Positions 9,796 through 20,623 of a stretch of 64,000 nt of DNA are shown piece by piece. Positions within the stretch are counted from its first letter, which is position 1. Each line of letters begins with the position of its first letter. The DNA lies in contig CAXXJJ010000004.1 of NCBI GenBank assembly GCA_963667015.2, forward strand, positions 2,048,001 through 2,112,000, read 5' to 3'. The stretch is from Desulfatiglandales bacterium. Lineage in GTDB: Bacteria; Desulfobacterota; DSM-4660; Desulfatiglandales; HGW-15. A model generated the notes under the pieces. The model had not been told where the DNA came from. It saw nothing but the letters and a program-made list of their open reading frames with translations, and ran no database searches. A program made the translations under genes and the position numbers.

Positions 9796-10863
9796 TTGAG
9801 GTATGAGGTGGGTAGCGCTTTAAAATCCGTTTGCATTGTCAGGTTATCAGCATTGGGGGATGTAACCCATATGCTACCGGTTATCCATACCATGCAGACA
9901 CATCGGCCGGAAGTGAAGATCACCTGGGTAATAGGGAAGGTAGAACATAAGCTTTTAGGCCACCTTCCTGGTGTTGAGTTTATTGTATTCGACAAAAAAA
10001 AAGGACTTAAAGCATATCATCATATCAGACAACAATTGAAGAACCGTCATTTTGACGCACTGCTCCTTATGCAGGTAGCACTGCGCGCAAGTCTGCTTGG
10101 CTGGATCGTACATGCGGATCGAAAAATCGGTTATGACCGGGCACGTGCAAAAGATTTCCACAGTTTATTCATCCGAGAGCGGATTGCCTCCACGCCTCAA
10201 CAGCATGTTGTTGACTGTTTCTTAAGCTTTCTGGACAACCTGGGCATTTGCGAAAAGGAATACAAATGGCACCTGCCGGAGTTTCCGGGAGCCGGGAGAC
10301 TGGCACAGCAGGTCTTAACGCCTGGTACTCCCCGTATGATTATCAGCCCCTGCTCCAGTCACGAACTCAGAAACTGGCATGCAGAAGGCTACGCTGCTCT
10401 GGCGGACCACGCAGCCGAGCAACATGGTATGCAGGTAATCATCTGCGGTGGATCATCTCCTGTAGAATACCTTATGGCGGATGAGATAATCCGTTTTTGC
10501 CAAACATCAGAGCCGGTGAACCTGGTGGGCAAGGATACATTTGGAGAGTACCTTGAGCTGCTGCGCAAGGCAACGGTTCTTGTTACCCCGGACTCGGGCC
10601 CTATGCACATGGCCGCCATCACCGACACGCCGGTGATAGGTCTTCATGCAGCCTCCAATCCGCTGCGTTCCGGCCCCTATAAGAGTCTTGAATGGTGCGT
10701 AAACCGGTATGACCAGGCATCTATTAAATACCTTGGAAAACCGTCTGATCAGATAAGATGGGGAACCAAGATTGAAAAACAGGGTGTTATGGATCTGGTC
10801 AAAATTTCCCAGGTTACAGACAGGCTTGATGTACTGATGAATAGATTAAAGACAAAGGAGTAA
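9796..10863 (+). CDS. Glycosyltransferase family 9 (heptosyltransferase-like)
   Basis: RLSALGDV and PDSGPMHMAA GT9 motifs; start codon uncertain. Confidence 0.88.
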   Translation: MRYEVGSALKSVCIVRLSALGDVTHMLPVIHTMQTHRPEVKITWVIGKVEHKLLGHLPGVEFIVFDKKKGLKAYHHIRQQLKNRHFDALLLMQVALRASLLGWIVHADRKIGYDRARAKDFHSLFIRERIASTPQQHVVDCFLSFLDNLGICEKEYKWHLPEFPGAGRLAQQVLTPGTPRMIISPCSSHELRNWHAEGYAALADHAAEQHGMQVIICGGSSPVEYLMADEIIRFCQTSEPVNLVGKDTFGEYLELLRKATVLVTPDSGPMHMAAITDTPVIGLHAASNPLRSGPYKSLEWCVNRYDQASIKYLGKPSDQIRWGTKIEKQGVMDLVKISQVTDRLDVLMNRLKTKE

Positions 10864-10870
10864 AACATAG

Positions 10871-11272
10871 ATGTCCCAGATTAATGTCCCTATTTCACCG
10901 GGTGAACTGATCGACAAGATTACCATCCTGGAAATAAAAATGGAACGAATGGATGATCAGGAAAAACTTTTTAATGTAAAAACCGAACTGGACCTGCTCG
11001 AAAAGGTATGGGAACAGTCAGCATACACCGCGGCAGAAATGGTCAGTGAAAAACGTGCTGAACTCAAATCTATCAATGAGAAATTATGGGTCATTGAGGA
11101 TGATCTTCGTCTAAAAGAGTCAAAAGCCGAATTTGACAGTGAATTCGTTGAACTGGCCCGTTCAGTATATTTTACAAATGATCACCGGGCCCGGGTTAAA
11201 AAAGAGATAAACATAGGGGTCGGTTCGGACCTGGTGGAAGAAAAATCATACCAGGATTATGGACAAAAATAA
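10871..11272 (+). CDS. Conserved small protein (DUF6165-like)
   Basis: VPISPGELIDKITILEIK…LWVIEDD.R…FVELARSVYFTND.RA..KKEIN…EEKSY pattern. Confidence 0.7.
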   Translation: MSQINVPISPGELIDKITILEIKMERMDDQEKLFNVKTELDLLEKVWEQSAYTAAEMVSEKRAELKSINEKLWVIEDDLRLKESKAEFDSEFVELARSVYFTNDHRARVKKEINIGVGSDLVEEKSYQDYGQK

Positions 11273-11286
11273 CTCCTGACAGTAAA

Positions 11287-11318
11287 AATCGGGTTGGGGA
11301 TAAAACACCAACCCGATT
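11287..11318. terminator. Hairpin/terminator between convergent genes
   Basis: AATCGGGTTGG…CCAACCCGATT inverted repeat. Confidence 0.6.
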
Positions 11319-11332
11319 CATATATTATTTTA

Positions 11333-12757
11333 TTAATATCTGTAATGTTCCGGTTTATAAGGCCCTTCAACCGACACGCCTAAATAATCCGCCTGTTCCT
11401 GTGTTAATTTTGTAAGTTTTACACCAAGTCTACCAAGATGCAGCCTTGCAACCTCTTCATCAAGTGACTTGGGAAGAGTATACACCTTTTTCTCATGCGG
11501 TTTGCCGGCAAGTTCAATCTGTGCCAGTGTCTGGTTTGTAAAACTGTTACTCATAACAAAACTTGGATGCCCGGTTGCGCAACCAAGGTTTACAAGACGC
11601 CCTTCGGCCAGCACAATTACTGACCTGCCTGATTTCAGTGTCCATTTATCCACCTGCGGCTTGATATTCATTTTTGTACATTCAGGAGTCTTATCAAGAT
11701 ATGCCATATCAATTTCATTATCAAAATGACCTATATTACAGATAATGGCTTCATCTTTCATCTGCTCCATATGGGCACCTGTAATAACTTTATAACACCC
11801 GGTTGCAGTAACAAAAATATCTCCCATTTCTGTAGCGTCTTCCATTGTAACCACTTCATAACCTTCCATCGATGCCTGAAGCGCACATATGGGATCGACC
11901 TCTGTTATAAGTATCCTTGCGCCATATCCTTTCATGGATGCAGCACAACCTTTCCCAACGTCTCCATATCCACAAACAACCACGATCTTTCCTGCAAGCA
12001 TAATATCGGTTGCACGTTTGATACCATCAGCAAGTGATTCCCGGCAGCCATAGAGGTTATCAAATTTTGATTTGGTTACAGAATCATTTACATTGATAGC
12101 AGGGAAAAGTAATTCACCTTTTCCGGCCAGATGATAGAGTCTGTGAACACCTGTAGTAGTTTCTTCTGATACGCCTTTTATCTTTTCAGCGACCTTGTGC
12201 CAGTGCTGAGGATCTTTTTCATAGGTTACCTTCAGCCTATCCATAAGACATTTCATATCAGCATTATCATAGGTTTTATCGAGGAGAGAAGGATCATCCT
12301 CCACCTTTACACCCTGATGAACAAAGAGAGTCGCATCTCCGCCATCATCAACAATAAGGTCCGGACCACTGCCATCTGGCCAGGTCAATGCCATTTCAGT
12401 ACACCACCAGAACTCTTCAAGTGTCTCTCCTTTCCAGGCAAATACTGAGGCAGTGCCTTTATCTGCAATAGCAGCTGCTGCATGATCCTGTGTAGAAAAA
12501 ATATTACAGGTCGCCCATCTCAGATCCGCACCCAGGGCTGCAAGGGTATCAATCAGCATGGCCGTCTGGATTGTCATGTGAAGACTGCCCATGATTTTCA
12601 GACCTTTCAAAGGCTTATCTTTCCCGTATTTTTCCCTGCATGCCATAAGGCCTGGCATTTCTCTTTCGGATAACTGCATATCTTTATGTCCATACTCGGC
12701 AAGAGACATATCAGCCACTTTATTTTTTAATGTTAGATCCAGTTCTTCAAAACTCAT
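11333..12757 (-). CDS. ahcY: Adenosylhomocysteinase
   Basis: [43 protein letters not shown] and LGCATGHPS motifs. Confidence 0.97.
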   Translation of the reverse strand: MSFEELDLTLKNKVADMSLAEYGHKDMQLSEREMPGLMACREKYGKDKPLKGLKIMGSLHMTIQTAMLIDTLAALGADLRWATCNIFSTQDHAAAAIADKGTASVFAWKGETLEEFWWCTEMALTWPDGSGPDLIVDDGGDATLFVHQGVKVEDDPSLLDKTYDNADMKCLMDRLKVTYEKDPQHWHKVAEKIKGVSEETTTGVHRLYHLAGKGELLFPAINVNDSVTKSKFDNLYGCRESLADGIKRATDIMLAGKIVVVCGYGDVGKGCAASMKGYGARILITEVDPICALQASMEGYEVVTMEDATEMGDIFVTATGCYKVITGAHMEQMKDEAIICNIGHFDNEIDMAYLDKTPECTKMNIKPQVDKWTLKSGRSVIVLAEGRLVNLGCATGHPSFVMSNSFTNQTLAQIELAGKPHEKKVYTLPKSLDEEVARLHLGRLGVKLTKLTQEQADYLGVSVEGPYKPEHYRY

Positions 12758-12782
12758 TTTTTTCTCCTTTATGTTAATATAT

Positions 12783-13697
12783 TTATATTTTTTCAGATTT
12801 ATAAATATTCAGCTTCAGTGATTTATTCATTGGGAATGATTCAAAAGCAGTCAGTGAGAACCCGTTAACAGAAAGAAAAGCTTCAATCTCTTCCTTTGAA
12901 AAGCCCAGCCATCGGTCTCCGTATTTATCTCTCATAATCTCATCGGCATGTTTTTCAAAATCAGCAATAATAAAGTTCCCTTTTTTATCCAAAATCCTTG
13001 ATGCCTCGGCGATTGCTTTCCCAGGGTTGGATAAGTGATGAAGAGCCATGGAAACAATCACACAATCGGCTTCATTATTTCCAATAGGAAGATGCTCAAG
13101 TTCCCCCAGACGCAATTTCACATGGCCGTTTTCTTCTTTAAACAGTTTCCTTGCCTGCTCAAGCATTACAGGTGAGGAGTCCACTCCTACAGTTACTACA
13201 GCAAAATCCTTTAAATGATAAAGCAACCTGCCTGTTCCACAACCCATATCAACCGCAAAATTACATTTATCAACATGTTTTAAAATGGCACTGTTCAGAT
13301 CAAAACCTCCCATAATCTGCTGCTGCAAATAGTCCCATTCATGGGCAATCCTGTTAAAAAACTGTTTCGATTTCTTTTTGCGGTCATTCATGACAGTATC
13401 CGCGTTTTTTAAATCCTCTGCGAATTCAGACTCATCATGAAAAAGAAACCGAATGGCTTCAGAAAATTCCTTTTCCTTCCCCTTTTTTGAAACCGAGTAA
13501 AATGCCCAGATACCATCTCTTCTGCATTGAAGAAGCCCGGAATCGGTCAATATCTTTAGATGCCTCGATATCCTTGACTGCCCCATATCCATAATAGATA
13601 CAAGTTCATTAACACTCAGTTCATTCTTAAGAAGAATATTAAATAACCTGAGCCTTGTTTCATCTGCCAGTGCTTTAAAATAAATTAAACTTTCCAT
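12783..13697 (-). CDS. sahR: ArsR-HTH / SAM-methyltransferase-fold fusion regulator (SahR family)
   Basis: N-terminal [11 protein letters not shown]…QSRISRHLK ArsR HTH plus C-terminal DMGCGTG SAM-binding fold; directly upstream of ahcY. Confidence 0.85.
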   Translation of the reverse strand: MESLIYFKALADETRLRLFNILLKNELSVNELVSIMDMGQSRISRHLKILTDSGLLQCRRDGIWAFYSVSKKGKEKEFSEAIRFLFHDESEFAEDLKNADTVMNDRKKKSKQFFNRIAHEWDYLQQQIMGGFDLNSAILKHVDKCNFAVDMGCGTGRLLYHLKDFAVVTVGVDSSPVMLEQARKLFKEENGHVKLRLGELEHLPIGNNEADCVIVSMALHHLSNPGKAIAEASRILDKKGNFIIADFEKHADEIMRDKYGDRWLGFSKEEIEAFLSVNGFSLTAFESFPMNKSLKLNIYKSEKI

Positions 13698-13703
13698 ATT
13701 TAT

Positions 13704-13723
13704 ATATCTATATATCTTGATAT
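13704..13723. promoter_or_regulatory. Putative SahR operator
   Basis: 20-bp imperfect palindrome ATATCAAGATATATAGATAT (minus strand) between the promoter and the sahR ATG. Confidence 0.65.
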
Positions 13724-13727
13724 ACGG

Positions 13728-13755
13728 ATTATATAGATTTTTTATAATGTGTCAA
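13728..13755 (-). promoter_or_regulatory. sigma70 promoter of sahR-ahcY
   Basis: TTGACA-N16-TATAAT on the minus strand. Confidence 0.7.
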
Positions 13756-13940
13756 GGTTTAAATATTCATTAATCATGGAATAATATGCCGCACCCTTCG
13801 GATTTCAGTGATATGAATAATATTACTTTGACGGTAATAAAATGATGGAACAATCTGTAATTATGAAAGGAATCAAAAGGTAGAAAGCCGTTAAATTGGG
13901 TCAATTGAAGTCTAATTTCGTAAGAACTCAACTTGAAATA

Positions 13941-14012
13941 CAAAGACGCCAAGTTCGCAAAGTTTTTAATTAATCACATGTTTTTCTTCGCGTACTTCGC
14001 GTCTTCACGGTT
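13941..14012. repeat. Nonamer-repeat hairpin element
   Basis: CAAAGACGC/CAAGTTCGC/AAAG arm is imperfectly complementary to CTTCGCGTA/CTTCGCGT/CTTCACGGTT arm. Confidence 0.5.
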
Positions 14013-14018
14013 CAGGTT

Positions 14019-15182
14019 TTATTTTACTGCCTTTTTGAGAACATCAACCATATCGGTTTTTTCCCAGGACAGTTCAGGCAACTCTCTTCCAAAATGTCCG
14101 TAGTTACTGGTTTTGCGATAGATGGGTCGTAACAGATCAAGTTTTTCAATTATGGCAGCCGGCCTCAGATCAAATTCCTTTTTAACAATCTTTGTAAGCT
14201 CAGCGCTTGGAACTATACCGGTACTGTAGGCTCCAACAAGAACTGATACCGGTTCGGCCCTGCCTATTGTATAGGCAACCTGGATTTCACACTTCTCTGC
14301 CAGGCCTGCTGCAACAATATTTTTTGCAATATAACGGCACATATATGATGCGCTTCTGTCTACCTTGGATGGATCCTTACCTGAAAATGCACCGCCGCCG
14401 TGGTAGCCAAAGCCACCATAGGTATCCATTATTATTTTTCTTCCTGTAAGACCACAGTCGCCCATTGGGCCGCCAACGACAAACCTTCCTGTTGTATTGA
14501 TAAAGAACTGGGTTTCTTTGGTCAGCATTTCCGCAGGAATAACCTTTTTAATTACCTCTTCGATTATGGCTTCTCTCAGTGTATCATAGTCAACGTCCGG
14601 TTCATGCTGAGCTGCAATTACAACAGTATGAGCACTGGTGGGCTTACCGTCAACATACTGGACAGTTACCTGGCCTTTGCCATCAGGCCTCAGCCATGGA
14701 AGCTTGCCGGATTTGCGAACATGGGTGAGTCGCGCTGTAAGTCCGTGTGCGAGATAAATCGGCATGGGCATATAGGTTGCCGTCTCTTTACAGGCAAACC
14801 CGAACATGAGCCCCTGATCCCCTGCGCCCTGCTCCTTGAAAAGCCCGTTTCCATCGACCCCTACCGCTATATCCGGGCTCTGCTTGTCTATTGAGGATAA
14901 TACCGCGCATGTCTCATAATCAAATCCCATTGCAGAATTTGTATAACCAATACTCTTTATGGTATCCCTTACAACCTCGGGCATATCGACATATGCGTTT
15001 GTGGTTATTTCACCGGCGATCATTGCCATTCCGGTTGTTACCAGGGTTTCACATGCTACCCTTGAATATTTATCCTGCTCTAAAATCTTATCCAGTATGT
15101 GGTCCGAAATCTGATCAGCTACCTTGTCAGGATGACCTTCGGTAACGGATTCCGATGTAAAAAGAAAATTTGCCTTTTTCAT
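14019..15182 (-). CDS. metK: S-adenosylmethionine synthetase
   Basis: [19 protein letters not shown] and [16 protein letters not shown] motifs. Confidence 0.97.
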   Translation of the reverse strand: MKKANFLFTSESVTEGHPDKVADQISDHILDKILEQDKYSRVACETLVTTGMAMIAGEITTNAYVDMPEVVRDTIKSIGYTNSAMGFDYETCAVLSSIDKQSPDIAVGVDGNGLFKEQGAGDQGLMFGFACKETATYMPMPIYLAHGLTARLTHVRKSGKLPWLRPDGKGQVTVQYVDGKPTSAHTVVIAAQHEPDVDYDTLREAIIEEVIKKVIPAEMLTKETQFFINTTGRFVVGGPMGDCGLTGRKIIMDTYGGFGYHGGGAFSGKDPSKVDRSASYMCRYIAKNIVAAGLAEKCEIQVAYTIGRAEPVSVLVGAYSTGIVPSAELTKIVKKEFDLRPAAIIEKLDLLRPIYRKTSNYGHFGRELPELSWEKTDMVDVLKKAVK

Positions 15183-15222
15183 CAGTTACTCCTTTCATAT
15201 ATATGTAATGAGAAATAAATCA

Positions 15223-16095
15223 TTAGTGGTTATCTGCAATTATCACGCAGTTATCTATGAGTCTTGTGGTTCCGACTTTTACAGCCAGCGCAAGAAGGCT
15301 TCTGGTCTTAAGGGTATCAATATCCTCCAGGGTATCAGGATCACAGATATTGATATATTCAACACCTGTAAAGGGAAAGGACAAAATTAAATCCCTTATT
15401 GAAGTTATTATTTTAGCACTGTTCGACTCTCCTTCACCAGCCATTCTGACCGCCATGTCAATCGACTTCTTTATACAAAGAGCTGATTTTCTTTCCTCGG
15501 GATTTAAATACTTGTTTCTGGAACTCATGGCCAGCCCATCGGGCTCCCTGACTATGGGAACCTCTATTATATCAATATCAATGTTAAGATCTTTAGCCAT
15601 TCGCTTAATAACAGCAAGCTGCTGGAAGTCTTTCTGGCCAAAAAGAGCAAAGTGAGGTTTGATTATATTGAACAGTTTGGCGACAACAGTGGTCACTCCT
15701 TCGAAATGACCGGGACGGGATCTACCGCAAAGGAAGTCTGTAATAGTCTTTACGGTCACACTGCTCTGGAAGCCATCAGGATACATTTCCTCCGGCGAAG
15801 GTAAAAATACTATGTCCGCGCCTTCACCCTCTGCCTTCTTTATATCCCCTTCAATATCCCTGGGATATTTATCAAGATCCTCATTGGGCCCGAATTGGGT
15901 TGGATTCACAAAAAGGCTCATCACAAGAACATCTGCATGTTTGCGCCCCTGTCTTATCAACTCAAGGTGTCCTTCATGCAAAAAACCGAGGGTAGGAAAA
16001 AGACCAATTTTTTTACCCGAAAGCCTAATTTCCTCGGCCTCTTCCTGCATTCTGTTAACCGTTTCAATAATTTCTATTTTTCTATTTTTATTCAT
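15223..16095 (-). CDS. panC: Pantoate-beta-alanine ligase
   Basis: PTLGFLHEGH, FVNPTQF, RPGHFEGV, FGQKDFQQ, GLAMSSRN and RLIDN motifs. Confidence 0.96.
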   Translation of the reverse strand: MNKNRKIEIIETVNRMQEEAEEIRLSGKKIGLFPTLGFLHEGHLELIRQGRKHADVLVMSLFVNPTQFGPNEDLDKYPRDIEGDIKKAEGEGADIVFLPSPEEMYPDGFQSSVTVKTITDFLCGRSRPGHFEGVTTVVAKLFNIIKPHFALFGQKDFQQLAVIKRMAKDLNIDIDIIEVPIVREPDGLAMSSRNKYLNPEERKSALCIKKSIDMAVRMAGEGESNSAKIITSIRDLILSFPFTGVEYINICDPDTLEDIDTLKTRSLLALAVKVGTTRLIDNCVIIADNH

Positions 16096-16101
16096 AGCTG
16101 A

Positions 16102-16740
16102 CTATCTTGAACTGACTGGCACATAATACTGAACGCCTGACTTAATCTGTTCTATTTGATTTACCAGGTCTTCAAAATCTTCCTTTATATTAACAAAATC
16201 TATTTCAGATGCATTCACTACAAGCAAAGGTGATTCGGAATAGTGGAAGAAATAATCATTAAATGCCTGATTAATCTGATCCAGATATTTTATATTTATG
16301 GATTTTTCATACTCAGCTTTTCTTTTCTTTATTCGTTCAACCAGGACTTCTGTCTTTGCCTGAAGAAAGACTACCAGATCAGGCGGCTTTATTCTCTTTT
16401 TTAGTATCTGGAACAACTGGTCATACAGCCAGAATTCACTGTCATCAAGGTTGGCTTTTGCATATATTCTGTCTTTATCTAAAAGAAAATCACTAATTAT
16501 TACTTTTTTAAAAAGATCCAGCTGAGCAAGGTCAAGGGAATGCTGATAACGTCTCATCAGAAAAAACATCTGGATCTGAAACCTGAAACGTTTAGGATCC
16601 TTATAAAATTTTTCCAGGAAAGGGTTGTCCTCTGTATGCTCCAGGAGTTCCTGACCATTAATATGCTCAGCAAGTTTTCTTGCAAGACTGGTCTTCCCTA
16701 CCCCCAGAGCCCCTTCTATTACAATATGATGGTGATTAAT
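16102..16740 (-). CDS. Deoxynucleoside kinase (probable ATT start)
   Basis: Frame extends upstream of the track ORF to INHHHIVIEGALGVGKTSLA (P-loop) and NPFLEKFY. An in-frame TAA lies 6 codons above ATT 16740, and an AAGGGA SD precedes it. Confidence 0.85.
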   Translation of the reverse strand: MNHHHIVIEGALGVGKTSLARKLAEHINGQELLEHTEDNPFLEKFYKDPKRFRFQIQMFFLMRRYQHSLDLAQLDLFKKVIISDFLLDKDRIYAKANLDDSEFWLYDQLFQILKKRIKPPDLVVFLQAKTEVLVERIKKRKAEYEKSINIKYLDQINQAFNDYFFHYSESPLLVVNASEIDFVNIKEDFEDLVNQIEQIKSGVQYYVPVSSR

Positions 16741-16995
16741 TGCCGTTCCCTTTGATTAAAATATGAATACACAATAAAATATGTGATAAAACAGTGTCAA
16801 ATAACATTGGCAACCTTATTTGTCAAGAAAGCTTAACTCACTAAAAATATTGATTTTACTTTATATTTACGGCAATTATCCAGAAACTGGAAATTATCTT
16901 GACAAGGTCAGGAATACCAATTATTACGCACTCAAACCCTAAATATCAGGAATAATTAAATAACACGGCATTTATGCCAGAAGGACAGCATTTAA

Positions 16996-17505
16996 ATGAC
17001 AGACAAACCAGGGAAATGGTACGCTGTTCATACAAGAAGCAGGTTTGAACAGAAGGTATATGATGGTATCCAGGGAAAATCAATAGAGGTTTTTCTCCCT
17101 AAGATTCAGGTAATAAGCAGGAGAAAGGACAGAAGAAAAAAGATACTGGTTCCGCTGATACCAGGCTATGTTTTTGTAAACACTGCACTTGATCCGGAAG
17201 AATATCTTAGCATTCTCAAAACAGTCGGAGTCGTTCAGCTTGTCGGATTTAAAGGAAAACCGGTGCCGGCCAATGATGAGGAAATCGAATCTCTTATGAT
17301 TTTAAACGGTACTGACCGGACAGTACAGAACAGAACCTATATGAAAACAGGTGACAGGATAAGGATAATGGACGGCCCTTTAAAGAACCTTACAGGTTTT
17401 TACCTTCGGCACAAGGGACAGGGTGACAGGGTCGTTGTATCGATCGAGTTACTGAATAGATCAATGGAGATTGACATTGAAGACTGGGCACTTGAAAAAC
17501 TTTAA
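16996..17505 (+). CDS. NusG paralog transcription antiterminator (UpxY/RfaH-like)
   Basis: WYAVHTRSRFEQKV, PLIPGYVFV NGN domain and GDRIRIMDGPL KOW motif. Confidence 0.88.
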   Translation: MTDKPGKWYAVHTRSRFEQKVYDGIQGKSIEVFLPKIQVISRRKDRRKKILVPLIPGYVFVNTALDPEEYLSILKTVGVVQLVGFKGKPVPANDEEIESLMILNGTDRTVQNRTYMKTGDRIRIMDGPLKNLTGFYLRHKGQGDRVVVSIELLNRSMEIDIEDWALEKL

Positions 17506-17597
17506 TGATACCCTAAAAATCTTTTTCTAACTCCAGTGTGAAGAATTTAATTTTCGTGAATATTAATAAAACAATAACAGGTTTCGGCATTCGATAG

Positions 17598-18656
17598 ATG
17601 AAGGTAATAACAAAATACATTTTGAAACAGATAATAAAAGTATTTTTGCTGTGCCATCTTATCTTTATCCTCTTGTATCTCATAGCCGATTTTATACAGA
17701 AAGTTGATGATTTTGTCGTCGCAGGAGTATCAGTAACGACAACACTGCAGTTTGTAATATGCAGGATACCAACCATGATGGTGCAGATTATCACTCCTGC
17801 CGCTACATTGATCTCCATTATTGTTGTTATATGTCAGATGAAAAAAAACAAGGAAATTATGGCGATGAAGGCCTGCGGACTGGATCTTCACAAGGTTTTT
17901 CAGCCGGTAATTGTATTTTCGATAATAACAAGCATATTCACCTTATTTTTAGCAGAAGAGGTTGTCCCATATACAAACGCAAGAAGTACGGAGATACAGC
18001 AAGTTGAGGTCAGAAAGCGGCCACAGGCAAGCTTCCAGGAATGGTACAAATCAAATAAAAACATTTACTGGATAAAACATTTTGATATTGAAACAAAAAC
18101 CATAGATGATCCGGTTTTCTATTTTTTTGATGATAATTTCAACCTGATAAAGAAAATCAGTGGCAAATCATGCAGATGGGTGAATGGAGAATGGGAGATC
18201 AAAGATGCAAAGATCCAGACTATGGAAAATGGTAAAATTCCCCCGGAGCCACGTTATATCCTTGATATACCGGAAACACCGGAGACGTTTATCAGCAAAA
18301 TGAGAAAACCTGACGATATGAATTATGCAGAGCTAAAAAGACGCGCTAAAAAATACAGGGCACAGGGCTATGACAATACTACAGACCTGGTTAATCTTTA
18401 TATGAAACTTTCATACCCGTTTATGGGGGTTGTTTTTGCACTTATCGCTATTCCATTAGGATTATGGGAAAAAATTAAAGGAATTCCTCTCTCAATCACA
18501 CTCGGCATGCTGACCGTCTTCCTTCTGTTTGTAACGATGGGAATCGCAAAGGCGCTTGGATCTAATGGGACATTACCACCAATTCTGGCAGCATGGACCG
18601 CAAATATCCTGTTTTCATTTTCAGGAATATATCTATTGATGAGCATTAAAAAATAA
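17598..18656 (+). CDS. LptF/LptG family permease
   Basis: EIMAMKACG, periplasmic beta domain and LPPILAAWTAN C-terminal motif. Confidence 0.85.
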   Translation: MKVITKYILKQIIKVFLLCHLIFILLYLIADFIQKVDDFVVAGVSVTTTLQFVICRIPTMMVQIITPAATLISIIVVICQMKKNKEIMAMKACGLDLHKVFQPVIVFSIITSIFTLFLAEEVVPYTNARSTEIQQVEVRKRPQASFQEWYKSNKNIYWIKHFDIETKTIDDPVFYFFDDNFNLIKKISGKSCRWVNGEWEIKDAKIQTMENGKIPPEPRYILDIPETPETFISKMRKPDDMNYAELKRRAKKYRAQGYDNTTDLVNLYMKLSYPFMGVVFALIAIPLGLWEKIKGIPLSITLGMLTVFLLFVTMGIAKALGSNGTLPPILAAWTANILFSFSGIYLLMSIKK

Positions 18657-18778
18657 ATTTCTATACCTGCATTTTGCCATCATTGACATTTACCCTTTTT
18701 TAAAATAGTGCTATTGATCTTAAGCCAAAAACAGAAGTGATAAATCTTGTGGCTTTATAAAGGAGACTCGCTGTTCAT

Positions 18779-20602
18779 ATGCTCGACAAAATACTCGGAA
18801 AAGAAATTGCACAATATCTAAGAAAGTACAGGCTATTAATTGCATGCGCCATACTTCCAGCCTGTATAGCCGCTTTCCTGGCAGTAATACCAGCTGAAAT
18901 AATCCCTTCCCTGATCGATAAAGGCTTTTCAATGGGAACTGAGCCTGTATCTCTGACCATCAAACTGCCGGTATTGGATTCCGAATCATCATTTCCTATC
19001 AAAATGGAAGAACGAAATTTTTTTAAAGATACAACCCCTAATTCACTTTTAATACTGATCTGCATTGTCTTTATAATTGCAAACATTTCCAAATCAATTG
19101 CAGTCTATATGAGTCGTATGGCAGCAGCGGCCTTTTCCAACAGAGCTATCAGATCAATAAGGATAGATCTGCACGACAAATTCATCTCACTCCATCAGGG
19201 GTTTTATCATGAACAAAAGATCGGAGCACTAATATCAAGATCAACAGCTGATCTGACTTTTATGCAGTCAAAAATATCCGACATTGTTATCGGTTTAGTC
19301 ATGCAGCCTCTAATGGCTTTTTTCTTCTTACTTTCTGCAATCAAGATGAATTATAAGTTAACACTAATCGTCCTGATAAGTACTCCTATAATTCTTGGAC
19401 TCGTACACTTGTTCGGGCGCAAAGTAAAGAAACATTCAAAAAGAGTTCAGGAATCTACCGCTGATATAACATCTGCCTATCAGGAAACACTACTCTGCCT
19501 CAAAGTAGTTCAGGGTTTCTGCACAACTGAAAACCACTCCGGAAAATTTCGGGAAATGGCGAATATTTTATATAAAAAAACCATGAACTGGAATCGATGG
19601 CTGAGGGGTATGGGCCCAATGCTGGATTCAGTAATGGCTATAATTCTTCCGGCCATTCTACTATTGGGGAAAATGTATTTTAATCATACTTCCGGCGAGT
19701 TAATGGGGTTATTTTACGCATTGTCCAGGGTCTACAGCCCGGTTAAACAACTGGCAAATATTAATAGTGACTTAAAAACCCTTCAGGGAGCTACCGAAAG
19801 AGTATTCGGTATTTTAAAAACAAACTCCGATATTTCAGATAAAGAAGGCGCTGTAATCCTGCCAAGACACCATAAAACAATTGAATTTAAGAACGTATCT
19901 TTTTCATACAAAAAAGAGAGCCCCATTCTACAGGACATCTCCTTTAGTGTTAAAGCTGGTGAAATGATAGCATTTGTCGGTTCAACAGGAGCAGGAAAAA
20001 GCACTCTTATGGACCTTTTACCCCGCTTTTATGATGTGACAGAAGGTCAGATCATGGTTGACGGAATGGATATCCGTGATGTTACGATAAAATCTCTCCG
20101 CGAACAGACAGGTATTGTAAGCCAGGAGGTACTTCTTTTTCACGACACAATATTAAATAATATCAGTTGCAGATCTTCAGATATTGATATGAAAGAGGTA
20201 ATTGAGGCGACTACTGCTGCCCATGCCCATGATTTTATAATGGCACAGCCTGACCAATATGAGACTGTAGTTGGAGACAGGGGTTCACTATTATCAGGAG
20301 GACAAAAACAGCGAATCTCTATTGCACGAGCAATACTTATAAAACCATCAATACTTATTCTTGATGAGGTTGCTTCTGCCCTTGATGCCGAAAGTGAAGA
20401 GCTTATTCAGAAATCCATACAATCTCTTAAAGGTAGATGTACTATTTTTGCTGTTGCTCACAGGTTAAGTACCATAAGAAATGCAGACAGGATTTTTGTA
20501 CTTGAAAAGGGAAGGATTGTTGAGTCAGGAACCCATGAAGAACTTATCAGTCGAAAAGATGGAAGATTCAGACAGCTTCACCATTTACAGTTTCAAAGCT
20601 GA
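18779..20602 (+). CDS. ABC exporter, fused TMD-NBD (MsbA-like)
   Basis: N-terminal TM domain; GSTGAGKST, LSGGQKQR, ILDE and AHRLST motifs. Confidence 0.88.
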   Translation: MLDKILGKEIAQYLRKYRLLIACAILPACIAAFLAVIPAEIIPSLIDKGFSMGTEPVSLTIKLPVLDSESSFPIKMEERNFFKDTTPNSLLILICIVFIIANISKSIAVYMSRMAAAAFSNRAIRSIRIDLHDKFISLHQGFYHEQKIGALISRSTADLTFMQSKISDIVIGLVMQPLMAFFFLLSAIKMNYKLTLIVLISTPIILGLVHLFGRKVKKHSKRVQESTADITSAYQETLLCLKVVQGFCTTENHSGKFREMANILYKKTMNWNRWLRGMGPMLDSVMAIILPAILLLGKMYFNHTSGELMGLFYALSRVYSPVKQLANINSDLKTLQGATERVFGILKTNSDISDKEGAVILPRHHKTIEFKNVSFSYKKESPILQDISFSVKAGEMIAFVGSTGAGKSTLMDLLPRFYDVTEGQIMVDGMDIRDVTIKSLREQTGIVSQEVLLFHDTILNNISCRSSDIDMKEVIEATTAAHAHDFIMAQPDQYETVVGDRGSLLSGGQKQRISIARAILIKPSILILDEVASALDAESEELIQKSIQSLKGRCTIFAVAHRLSTIRNADRIFVLEKGRIVESGTHEELISRKDGRFRQLHHLQFQS

Positions 20603-20623
20603 CGATATTTAAGTTGGCAGCTA

